64,000 nucleotides of DNA from a virus (IMGVR_UViG_3300042880_000509), one strand, 5' to 3'; positions 44,311 through 52,600 are shown, numbered from the stretch's first letter. Notes: a model not told the origin generated them from the letters alone. Numbers and translations: made by a program.

Positions 44311-44506
44311 TTTCTTCTTTATTTTCTATTAAACAACTTCCTAACACATATAACTGAAATAATACGAATATAACAATCATAAAAAAATTATTCCAGATTG
44401 TCCAATTCAAAGGATTAAATTCATCCTGAAAAAAACATATAATTGCATACCAAAAAAATTCTTTGGCAAAAAACTCTTGTTTATTAAGTTTATGTTGATT
44501 TTCCAC
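44300..44506 (-). CDS. Small membrane protein (68 aa)
   Basis: Hydrophobic FFWYAIICFF...FFMIVIFVLFQLYVLG. Confidence 0.35.
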   Translation of the reverse strand: MENQHKLNKQEFFAKEFFWYAIICFFQDEFNPLNWTIWNNFFMIVIFVLFQLYVLGSCLIENKEENGN

Positions 44507-44748
44507 TATCTTAAAACAAAAGGATGAATAATAACCACAATTTGCTCAACTCTACCTTCCTGTGGTATTATGGCTCTATCTTCTTTTACAATAATATCCA
44601 TAAATCCAAGATCTTCTTTTAATCTATTGGCTTGGATTTCAACTTCTTTTTTTGCTTCTTCTTCATTTTTAAAGAACCCAAAATATGAATCACAATTTCC
44701 GGTTTTATCACAAACTCCAAAAATCACTTCTCTTGCTGGTTTTATCAT
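44506..44748 (-). CDS. Hypothetical protein (80 aa)
   Basis: ORF. Confidence 0.45.
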   Translation of the reverse strand: MIKPAREVIFGVCDKTGNCDSYFGFFKNEEEAKKEVEIQANRLKEDLGFMDIIVKEDRAIIPQEGRVEQIVVIIHPFVLR

Positions 44749-44885
44749 AATCTATTTGCTATTTGTTTTATTAATAATTCTTCTTCATTTGTTAATCGGT
44801 AATAAGAGTTCCATATTTTACTTAAATCGTCTCTTAATTCTTTTTCTCCGTTTGATTCTTCATCACCCCTAACAATTTTTCTTAT

Positions 44886-44944
44886 TCATCTTTAAAACCT
44901 TGTTTTTCAGTTGTTTTTAAATGGGTGTTGATATATATTAGTTA
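44886..44944 (-). repeat. 59-nt intergenic repeat, copy 1 (begins exactly at the stop codon of the methyltransferase gene)
   Basis: TCATCTTTAAAACCTTGTTTTTCAGTTGTTTTTAAATGGGTGTTGATATATATTAGTTA on the plus strand. The copy at 50801..50859 differs at one position. Confidence 0.7.
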
Positions 44945-45736
44945 GTTGCAATACTGCGAAGCCCTCCGAACAGCAACATCGTAATATTGTTTTTCCTTTT
45001 CTATTCCAATTGATTTGCGATTTAATTTGATACAAGCCAAATTGGTAGTTCCTGAACCCATTGTATTATCCAATACCATATCACCTTCGTTTGTGTATGA
45101 TTTCACAAGCATTTCAAGTAAAGCAAGCGGCTTCTGAGTTGGATGTATCGTTCCATCAAGCTTTGTTTTTTGTTTATCTGAAGCAAAAACTTGTACACTT
45201 CTTGGGTATCTGTCAGTTTCTCCACCACCACTTACATCTTGCTTTACTTTCCCATACACTTCTGTTTTATTACAAACTTCGGCTTTCTTGGTATAGGTAT
45301 TTACAGGCTTATGTCCTTCTGTTTTTTGTGGATTAAACTTTGGGGTTTTATTGTAAAATACTAAAATATTTTCGTGTGCTTTCATAGGCATTTTCTTTGC
45401 ATTAAAATATCCTGTTGCTTGTGTTTTCTCCCAAATCCATTCGTATTTTAACCATTCCAAATTTGAGCAACCAAGCACTTTATCAAATGGTGTTTGTGCA
45501 AATAAAACTACCACTCCATTATCTTTTAGTATTCTTTTGTATTGCTCCCAAAGTTTATTTAAGTCTAAAACAGAATCCCATTTGCAGTTAGTAGTTCCAT
45601 AAGGCAAATCGCAAATAATAGCATCAATTGATTTATCATCAATAAAAGGAAAAACATCAAAGCAATCAGCTTTCACAAAAGTACTGCCACTAACACGTGT
45701 TTGGCAAAATGGCTGTTCAGTAATTCTATCAATCAT
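44942..45736 (-). CDS. DNA methyltransferase (N6-adenine/N4-cytosine family, beta-class order)
   Basis: Motif IV DAIICDLPYGT (DPPY-like) is N-terminal. The C-terminal AdoMet motif VLDNTMGSGTT places it in PF01555-like architecture. Confidence 0.8.
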   Translation of the reverse strand: MIDRITEQPFCQTRVSGSTFVKADCFDVFPFIDDKSIDAIICDLPYGTTNCKWDSVLDLNKLWEQYKRILKDNGVVVLFAQTPFDKVLGCSNLEWLKYEWIWEKTQATGYFNAKKMPMKAHENILVFYNKTPKFNPQKTEGHKPVNTYTKKAEVCNKTEVYGKVKQDVSGGGETDRYPRSVQVFASDKQKTKLDGTIHPTQKPLALLEMLVKSYTNEGDMVLDNTMGSGTTNLACIKLNRKSIGIEKEKQYYDVAVRRASQYCN

Positions 45737-45919
45737 TCGTTCTTAATTTTAAAGTTTAGTAATTCTATTTAAGTTCTGGTTCAGCCACTTCGCCAAGCCC
45801 GATAACGTTATAACCATTCGGCCATATTATTTTTATCACTTCTACCCATTTGGTCATAAACCTCATCCAAATAAACATCTATTCTAACGTAACTCATTTT
45901 TTATCTTTTTACAAAGTTA

Positions 45920-45958
45920 ATAAAAAAAAGTGACTCAACCAAGTTAATGGGAGTCACC
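45920..45958 (-). terminator. Intrinsic terminator overlapping the last codons of the RNA ligase gene (GTGACTC...GAGTCAC plus T8)
   Basis: 7-bp stem with a 14-nt loop. The minus strand continues with TTTTTTTT. Confidence 0.65.
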
Positions 45959-47077
45959 TACGTTATTTTTTTCACCATATATCAAGTAATCAGGATTTAT
46001 TACCTTACTTACTTTTCTACGGTCACCAGTTATAGATTTAACAACAACACCTTCGTGTGGTACTTTGGTGCCTTCTATGTTATTATTGAAGACGAATTTA
46101 TCTTGTTCTTCTTTATTCCAATTACCCTGGTATAACAATTCAACTTGTGGTAATTGTAAACAATCAAAATGTACGGTTTCATTTATGTAAGGCTGGTATA
46201 CACCATCAACTTCAACATCAAACCCGGCGAATTTAACATCAGTTAAACCGTACTCATAGTTTTTTTGTATACCAGCTCCATATATCTCACCATATATTAC
46301 AACACCTTCAGTTAGGTCAGATGGTTCGTAAGTATCTTTTACGTGATCCCACAATTTACCTCTTATGTCGTATGTGCTACCAACAGTTTTCCATACATCG
46401 GTGTCATAGAAGCCTTGAGAATCGGATCCTTTCTCAACATTATGTGAGCCGTAAACATATTCAAATGCAACCCATTGATTTCCGAAAAACATTTTAACAC
46501 GGTCCCATAGAGAAAGTTTTTTCTTTCTAACTATTCCGTAACGAGCATTGGTTCCGTGAAGTTTACGAGTTATAACAACTTCGTCTTCTTCACTAAACAT
46601 ATCCGGAACATTCTTCTGGTTTGGAAATTTGTAATAAACATGGAAGTTAGGGTTTTGATGGTATTTTACTTTACGTCCACCAACACTTAACTGAACGGTT
46701 TTAACTGGTGGTTCGTATTTAGTTATACCAAGTATTCCCATCATATCATCGCCTTCGTTTACGTTATTCTCCAAAGATTTTGGAGCTAAGTACTTGAATG
46801 GTATTAACAAACATTCAGAGTAAACACCACGAAGTTTTACGGTTCTAACTCTTTGCCCTTTACGAAGGTAATTAGTTACACCCATTAAATCAGATAAATC
46901 CTGTGGTATTACAGCATCGGTAGTTGCTACAACAACCTTATCACCAACCTGGTATTCTCCTTTTTTAGTTATGGCGTTCCATCCACCAACAGTTACTAAT
47001 TCTATATTATCAGCACCCGGTATTTCAGACACGGATCCTATTTTTCCTACGTATGCAACACTATTTAAATTTTTCAT
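45944..47077 (-). CDS. RNA ligase (Rnl2-like nucleotidyltransferase) with N-terminal tRNA-binding OB-fold (Myf/Trbp111-like) domain
   Basis: N-terminus AYVGKIGSVSEIPGADNIELVTVGGW...KGEYQVGDKVVVA matches the tRNA_bind fold. Motif I KLHGTN (Rnl2 KIHGTN). EGVVIYGE, GFDV and a C-terminal PHEGVVVKS...RRKVSKV (motifs IV/V). Confidence 0.6.
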   Translation of the reverse strand: MKNLNSVAYVGKIGSVSEIPGADNIELVTVGGWNAITKKGEYQVGDKVVVATTDAVIPQDLSDLMGVTNYLRKGQRVRTVKLRGVYSECLLIPFKYLAPKSLENNVNEGDDMMGILGITKYEPPVKTVQLSVGGRKVKYHQNPNFHVYYKFPNQKNVPDMFSEEDEVVITRKLHGTNARYGIVRKKKLSLWDRVKMFFGNQWVAFEYVYGSHNVEKGSDSQGFYDTDVWKTVGSTYDIRGKLWDHVKDTYEPSDLTEGVVIYGEIYGAGIQKNYEYGLTDVKFAGFDVEVDGVYQPYINETVHFDCLQLPQVELLYQGNWNKEEQDKFVFNNNIEGTKVPHEGVVVKSITGDRRKVSKVINPDYLIYGEKNNVGDSH

Positions 47078-47079
47078 TT

Positions 47080-47340
47080 TTATATATTTTCAAATTCTTC
47101 TTTTACTGAATCAATTTCTTCTTTCAATCTTTCAAGTTCTTTGGATAACATCTCTTTAATGGCTCCTTTGTTATAAAGACTAACCTCATCTTTTCTTGGA
47201 AAAGATCCTCCTATTGAGTAACCAATTGTCACACCTAAAGAACAAGATTTTAACGCAGATTCCAATTTATACTTCTGTCTTTCCAACCTATCAAGATCTT
47301 CTTTAATTTTTTTTGCTTTTTCAAATTTTTCTAATTCCAT
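47080..47340 (-). CDS. Small coiled-coil protein (86 aa)
   Basis: ORF. Heptad-rich. Confidence 0.45.
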   Translation of the reverse strand: MELEKFEKAKKIKEDLDRLERQKYKLESALKSCSLGVTIGYSIGGSFPRKDEVSLYNKGAIKEMLSKELERLKEEIDSVKEEFENI

Positions 47341-47495
47341 CAGTCATTCATTTTTAAACTAGGTGTTAATAACAAGGCAAAAAGACACATAGCACTTCCT
47401 GTAAAGTAAACCGCGGTTCCTATTAATCCAAAGAAACCTAAATAAATCAAACTAATTCCTAAATATTTCATATCACAAAGGTATAAATAATTTTT

Positions 47496-48305
47496 TTAAT
47501 TATCACTATCTTCTTCAAAATTTATCAATAAATCAAACTCTTTTTCTTTTCTTTTTTCTTCCACCCTCTTTAAAGAAATATTAAAATAATCCATACTATT
47601 CTCAATTCCGATAAAGTTTCGGTTGGTATTTATACAAGCAATTCCTGTTGTACAACTACCAAATGTATTATCTAAAATAGTATCACCATCATTACTGTAT
47701 GAGTTTATCAACCATTCAATCAATTCAACAGGTTTTTGTGTGCTATGTAATTGGTCTTGTCTTCTCCATTTTTGTTGAAAAAATTGTACAGTTGAAGGAT
47801 ACCTAAATCCATCATTAATAGTTTCACTTTCAGAAATTACACCAAGTTTATGATTGTTTGGTTTATCTCCTTTATTCGCTTTTCGCTTTCTATAATATGG
47901 TTTGCCTTCTTCAAGTTGTGGATTATAAACAACTTTACCTTTACCAAATATTAAAATGTTTTCGTGTTTTTGAACAGGTCTATATTTAGCGGTAAATGAA
48001 CTACCACTTTTAGATTTGTGCCAAATTATTTCATACTTATACATTTTTTCATTCGATAATGCTAATTTGTAAGCAAACAAACCTGTTCCAAATAAAGCAA
48101 TAGCACCATCATCTTTTATAATCCTTTTATATTGTTCCCAAAGTTGTTCAAATGGAATTACAATATCCCAATAGTTTTTAGTTGAACCATAAGGTAAATC
48201 ACAGCAAATAAAGTCAATACTTTTATCAGGTATCAATTTCATTTGTTCTATTGTATCTCCGTATCTTAAATCTATTGTCATAATTTTATTCAACGTCGTC
48301 TTCAA
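47496..48305 (-). CDS. DNA methyltransferase, second copy of the same family
   Basis: DFICCDLPYGST and ILDNTFGSCTT. About 35-40% identical by eye to 44942..45736 over conserved blocks. Confidence 0.8.
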   Translation of the reverse strand: MKTTLNKIMTIDLRYGDTIEQMKLIPDKSIDFICCDLPYGSTKNYWDIVIPFEQLWEQYKRIIKDDGAIALFGTGLFAYKLALSNEKMYKYEIIWHKSKSGSSFTAKYRPVQKHENILIFGKGKVVYNPQLEEGKPYYRKRKANKGDKPNNHKLGVISESETINDGFRYPSTVQFFQQKWRRQDQLHSTQKPVELIEWLINSYSNDGDTILDNTFGSCTTGIACINTNRNFIGIENSMDYFNISLKRVEEKRKEKEFDLLINFEEDSDN

Positions 48306-48804
48306 AATATTTCTTCATAGATCTTGGTTCGGTAAAATCCCACTTCTTACTTTCAAATTCTTCAATCCATTCTTTCAAATCTTCTCTTGTCCATATTGGC
48401 CCAAAAGAAGGTCTGTATTGGAATGGTACATTATCTTTATTTTCCCACTCATCAAGTCGTTGTGTTACATCATCAATAAAGTTTTTAGTTTTAGTGTGTT
48501 TAATCCACTCTCTGTAATCGTCTTCAGATTTAATAAACATAACATCACCATAATTATAAAACTCCATTTCAGGAAATTCCAAATTGGGGTTGTTGGTATA
48601 AACATCAACAATACCATTGTCACCGTAATATGAATCACAAAGTTCTCTTAAAGCATATATACTACTTGGTCTTTCTTCCCATACACTACCGAACTGACGT
48701 ACAGAACAAATATACAAATAACCATCTTCATAAGAATTTATTTTATATTCAATTTTATTTCGTAATGAAATAAGTTCGTCCATTGTTAGTTTATCTAAGT
48801 TCAT
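48286..48804 (-). CDS. Hypothetical protein (172 aa)
   Basis: ORF. Confidence 0.5.
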   Translation of the reverse strand: MNLDKLTMDELISLRNKIEYKINSYEDGYLYICSVRQFGSVWEERPSSIYALRELCDSYYGDNGIVDVYTNNPNLEFPEMEFYNYGDVMFIKSEDDYREWIKHTKTKNFIDDVTQRLDEWENKDNVPFQYRPSFGPIWTREDLKEWIEEFESKKWDFTEPRSMKKYFEDDVE

Positions 48805-49049
48805 ATTATTTGTGAGCTATTTGCGTTTCTAATTAATCTAATTTTTTCAATTATTTCTTCAGGTGTTTCTTCAACTTTGAATCCTCCGTTATTATGTGTT
48901 GTTACACCAACCACAGTATGTTTTTTTGATGTTGGTTCTCCTTGATGCCACATTTGACTTGCCTTTACTTCGTAAAAATGTCCAATTTCATTAATATTAA
49001 CATAAATGAAACTATCGTCTTTATGGGATGTTAATTTAATTATTTTCAT
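48801..49049 (-). CDS. Hypothetical protein (82 aa)
   Basis: ORF. Confidence 0.45.
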   Translation of the reverse strand: MKIIKLTSHKDDSFIYVNINEIGHFYEVKASQMWHQGEPTSKKHTVVGVTTHNNGGFKVEETPEEIIEKIRLIRNANSSQII

Positions 49050-49054
49050 CTTTT

Positions 49055-49468
49055 TTATTTATACACACCATGCTCTGTCATCTCGGCGTTTGTTTGTTCT
49101 ACAATTTCAATTAACTTTTCAAGACAAGCAAGTTCTGCTTCTTCATATGAATCATAAACTTCTGAAGTCCAACTTCCCCAATTTGCCCACCATTTAGTTT
49201 CATCATATTTTTCAATTCTGATATGGATATTATACTTCTCTCTAAACCATCTAAATGCTTGTGAGTAGGTTGGTGCCGATGTAAAATGTTCAGGAATTTC
49301 AGAGTTCTTACAAGTGGCAAAACCTGTTCTAATATACTCATCTCTATCATCAACACCACAAGGTTTTTCTTCAAAGTTCTCTACTTGATAAAAAGCAAAA
49401 CAAGGACCATTATACCCAAGTTTTTTCATCCTTAATGCAAGTGAGTATATAACAAATTCTTTTTCCAT
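49055..49468 (-). CDS. Hypothetical protein (137 aa; start reassigned to MEKEF)
   Basis: The first about 90 codons of the track ORF overlap the upstream gene out of frame and look like read-through. MEKEFVIYSLALRMKKLGYNGPC reads as a genuine start. Confidence 0.5.
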   Translation of the reverse strand: MEKEFVIYSLALRMKKLGYNGPCFAFYQVENFEEKPCGVDDRDEYIRTGFATCKNSEIPEHFTSAPTYSQAFRWFREKYNIHIRIEKYDETKWWANWGSWTSEVYDSYEEAELACLEKLIEIVEQTNAEMTEHGVYK

Positions 49469-49469
49469 A

Positions 49470-49883
49470 TCACAAAGATAAATGTTTTTTTGCATTTTCC
49501 AAAAATAATTCAATATTTTTTTTACCAACAGGATTTGCCGAATGGACCAAATATTCCGGCAATGGTTGGTTCTCATCCGCACAGTATTCAACAAGAAATT
49601 TAGCACAGTCAAGTCCAGTTTTTTCTTTGATGTTGTCGTAATCCAAAGTTCCTTTGGTTGCAACATTTCTAAAATATTCATCCATTGCAGTATCACCAAG
49701 ATCGTGATCAAATGAAACAAATTCAGGAGCACCATTTACTTCTAAGTATTGTACGAACTCGTCATAGTTTCTTACAACATCCCAATCATTCTCCCAATAA
49801 AATTTATTATGTTTATCCGGAACCAATCCAATTGCGTCTTTTGGTGAACGCACATCATCCAAGAACAATTTATTATTTTTCAT
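49470..49883 (-). CDS. Hypothetical protein (137 aa)
   Basis: ORF. Confidence 0.55.
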   Translation of the reverse strand: MKNNKLFLDDVRSPKDAIGLVPDKHNKFYWENDWDVVRNYDEFVQYLEVNGAPEFVSFDHDLGDTAMDEYFRNVATKGTLDYDNIKEKTGLDCAKFLVEYCADENQPLPEYLVHSANPVGKKNIELFLENAKKHLSL

Positions 49884-50145
49884 TTTCTAATTCTTTTAGT
49901 TGTTTTTGTAAAGGTTCCATATAAGATTCAAAAGTTTCAAATCCTACACCATCATTGAAATGGGTTCTTAATTGGTTTAACTGTTCAATCTTTGCTTTAA
50001 TTTTTTCAACTTGGACCCATTTTGATTCTCTAACAAAATTTGCTATTTGAAATGGTAGTTCTTCGTAATCGTTTGACCAAAGTTCACCTAATTCTTCATC
50101 TTTTTTAAAGCACCAACCCATAGCTTCATCTTCAAGTGTTTTCAT
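49873..50145 (-). CDS. Hypothetical protein (90 aa)
   Basis: ORF. Confidence 0.45.
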   Translation of the reverse strand: MKTLEDEAMGWCFKKDEELGELWSNDYEELPFQIANFVRESKWVQVEKIKAKIEQLNQLRTHFNDGVGFETFESYMEPLQKQLKELENEK

Positions 50146-50158
50146 CTTCTAATCTCTT

Positions 50159-50692
50159 TTAAATTTCTTCATAAAATCCATTTTCTTCGTCATCTTTCAT
50201 CATTTGAATCAACCTAGCTTCTCTCGAATACTTTCGTATAAGTTTGAATATCTCTGTAATATCTGTAAATTCAGATACAGGACTATCGTTTCTACCAGGA
50301 AGAAATATTAAAGTGAATCCGTGGTTTGCTTGAAATCTTTCTGTAACTCTAATTCCACAGATTTCATCAATATAAACCCAAGGAAAGTTTCCTGATAGTT
50401 TTACGTCAATACCAATTTTTTTCAATCTTTCAACAAACCTTGTGATTTTATCACCGGTTAGTTTTGTTGGGCTTTCTTTTTCCATATAAGTTCCAAATTT
50501 AGTTTCTTTTGTTTTCATACTAGAATTTTTCCATTCTTTCCAAACATCAAAGTCTTTAAGTTTTTCTAAAAACTCATCATCCATTTCTTTGGCCTTTCTA
50601 AATAGAGTGTCCGTATATTCTTTATCTTCTTTATTTAAGTAAGGATATAGAGTGTCTTTTAACCATTCTACTGTTGTCTGTTTTACTTCCAT
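50159..50692 (-). CDS. Hypothetical protein (about 177 aa, start at MEVKQTT)
   Basis: ORF. The upstream 15 codons overlap the terminator. Confidence 0.5.
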   Translation of the reverse strand: MEVKQTTVEWLKDTLYPYLNKEDKEYTDTLFRKAKEMDDEFLEKLKDFDVWKEWKNSSMKTKETKFGTYMEKESPTKLTGDKITRFVERLKKIGIDVKLSGNFPWVYIDEICGIRVTERFQANHGFTLIFLPGRNDSPVSEFTDITEIFKLIRKYSREARLIQMMKDDEENGFYEEI

Positions 50693-50720
50693 ATTACAAA
50701 GATATAAAACTTTTTTTAAT

Positions 50721-50753
50721 AAAACAAAAAACCCCAATTTTTATTTTTGGGGC
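50721..50753 (-). terminator. Intrinsic terminator (CCCCAA-AAATAAAAA-TTGGGG plus T-run on the minus strand)
   Basis: 6-bp G/C stem. Minus-strand TTTTTTGTTTT follows. Confidence 0.6.
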
Positions 50754-50800
50754 TGGTGTTTTCAATTTTTAATCACAAATTTTGTAATAATTTGTCTTAG

Positions 50801-50859
50801 TCATCTTTAAAACCTTGTTTTTCAGTTGTTTTTGAATGGGTGTTGATATATATTAGTTA
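50801..50859 (-). repeat. 59-nt intergenic repeat, copy 2 (begins exactly at the stop codon of the Cys-rich protein gene)
   Basis: 58/59 identical to 44886..44944. Confidence 0.7.
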
Positions 50860-51153
50860 TGCCCCATTGTAGTGGACACAACCGAAGTGACTGTGAAACC
50901 TTAGACTATTTGCCAAAAATCGAGCATTTGACTTCTTGTCTTTATCAGTATCCCCAGCCACAAATCTTTCAATCAATTCTTCGCTCATCATTGATACTTG
51001 CTCTATGACAATTGGATTATCACATTTACCAATACCTTCATCGCCATCCCATCCTTTATCTCGCCAAAAACGACAAGAAGAACAACGGGGCATAACAGCA
51101 CCTAAACAAGATGGCTGGCTTTCTGTTTCTAATGAAGTTTTTTCTGTATTCAT
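50857..51153 (-). CDS. Cys-rich small protein (98 aa) in a locally GC-richer segment
   Basis: CLGAVMPRCSSCRFW...GKCDNP...HSHFGCVHY. Local base composition is visibly less AT-rich than the flanks. Confidence 0.5.
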   Translation of the reverse strand: MNTEKTSLETESQPSCLGAVMPRCSSCRFWRDKGWDGDEGIGKCDNPIVIEQVSMMSEELIERFVAGDTDKDKKSNARFLANSLRFHSHFGCVHYNGA

Positions 51154-51200
51154 AATTTAGTTTCGAGGTGTAATCAGCCACCTCGTTTAGCTGCAATCCG

Positions 51201-51470
51201 TTAGTGAGAATAAAGAAGAATATAGATTTTATCATCTTCTGGTAGTTTTATATAACCAACATCTTCCATAATAGGAATACCAGATTTTATTTTATCATGT
51301 AAATTTGATATTTCAGATAAAGATGATAAAATCTTCTTGTATTTTTTACCACCGATTTTAATCGTTTCTTCTTTACTCTCACTAACATCAGATATATTCA
51401 ATTTTTCCTTTGAATTTTCAATTAAGAAGTCCTTAAATTTGTTAATTTCTTTTCTCATTTCGTGTTCCAT
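51201..51470 (-). CDS. Hypothetical protein (89 aa)
   Basis: ORF. Confidence 0.45.
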   Translation of the reverse strand: MEHEMRKEINKFKDFLIENSKEKLNISDVSESKEETIKIGGKKYKKILSSLSEISNLHDKIKSGIPIMEDVGYIKLPEDDKIYILLYSH

Positions 51471-51946
51471 AATTTTCTTTTATATATAAATATCAGAAAA
51501 CCTAAATATATCTGAGCATCGTTAGGTTCAATCATTAATTTGTTTTGAGTTTATTTCTTTTTTCATATAATACATTGCAAAACCACACCAAATTAATTGT
51601 AGTGTTAAATAAATAATTATTCCTTTTTCCATACTTATATTTTTTACAAAGGTAAAACAAATTAATGACAAAACCTAACAAATGATAAACAACATTAAAA
51701 CGATTGTTTATCATCGGACGTTAGAGATAATATTAAAAATCCAAAAACGATTTTAAGAATTCATTTCTACTTTCCATATCTTCTATATGACTTTGTATTT
51801 TGGTATTGATATGAAATCATTGTACCATTTAAAATTATCTAAATCCTCGTCCTTCATTGTAACTAAAAGACTTTGGTATTCCATACCACTCTCATAATAG
51901 TTTTCAACAAACCATGCGATTCTTTCTTCGTATGTCAATTCAGTTT

Positions 51947-52129
51947 TCATACCATTTTATTTTTACTTCCATAACATTCTAATTTTTTATCTTTAACATT
52001 CCATAAATCTTTTTTCCCTTCTGTCATATGACAATTGTGTTTCTTACCGGTTCTATCGGCAAAATCAACAATCATATCGTTGTGACGATTACGAATAAAG
52101 TGAGGACATTCTTTACAGGGTTTTTTCAC
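51947..52129 (-). CDS. Small Cys/His-rich protein (60 aa)
   Basis: CKECPHF...HNCHM...LECYG. Confidence 0.4.
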   Translation of the reverse strand: MKKPCKECPHFIRNRHNDMIVDFADRTGKKHNCHMTEGKKDLWNVKDKKLECYGSKNKMV

Positions 52130-52165
52130 CTTACAAAGGTAAGAAACTAATTTGAATTAAACAAA

Positions 52166-52600
52166 TTATTTTGGTGTGATTCTATATTTGAAGAAGGGTA
52201 TGTTTGTTTTTACTTTTTTTACATCGTGATGATCATTATAATCCATCTTAACCATTTCTTCATAATCAATGGTGTATTTGTTGTCATTATAATTTGATGT
52301 TAATTCATCGCCTTTTTTAATATCTTTGATTGTTTTACCATAAATTTTATTACCAACTTTGGTATTTTTGATATTTGGATCAAAACTATGATTAAGGTAT
52401 CTAACCGGTTCTCCACCAAAATAGGACCCATCTTTGATTATAACATAAAGATATTCAGTATTTTTTTTAATATCTTCTTTAGCAAAAACACCTTTTCCGG
52501 CAATTTTACTTTTTTTTACTTCAATTTTATCATAAAAAGAATTATCTAACTTTTTTTTATTAGTCTCCTCAGTTAAAATTCTTTTTATAATTGATTTCAT
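52166..52600 (-). CDS. SET-domain protein (putative protein-lysine methyltransferase) with shared leader
   Basis: SKIAGKGVFAKEDIKKNTEY (GxG motif), RYLNHSFDPN (NHSxxPN) and GDELTSNY (ELxxxY). N-terminus MKSIIKRILTEET. Confidence 0.65.
   Translation of the reverse strand: MKSIIKRILTEETNKKKLDNSFYDKIEVKKSKIAGKGVFAKEDIKKNTEYLYVIIKDGSYFGGEPVRYLNHSFDPNIKNTKVGNKIYGKTIKDIKKGDELTSNYNDNKYTIDYEEMVKMDYNDHHDVKKVKTNIPFFKYRITPK

Noticed and set aside
49055-49735. Track ORF 49055..49735 (226 aa) taken at full length
   Set aside because: Its first about 90 codons overlap 49470..49883 out of frame and read as junk (MVLLNLFHLITILVILQW...). I kept the gene from the internal MEKEF start (49055..49468). The same reasoning trimmed 56545..57180 to the Nudix start, 50159..50737 to 50692 and 16570..16977 to 16890.
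26264-50859. CRISPR array formed by the 30-nt and 59-nt repeats
   Set aside because: There are only two copies of each, separated by 4.4 and 5.9 kb of genes. There is no regular repeat-spacer periodicity and no cas genes.
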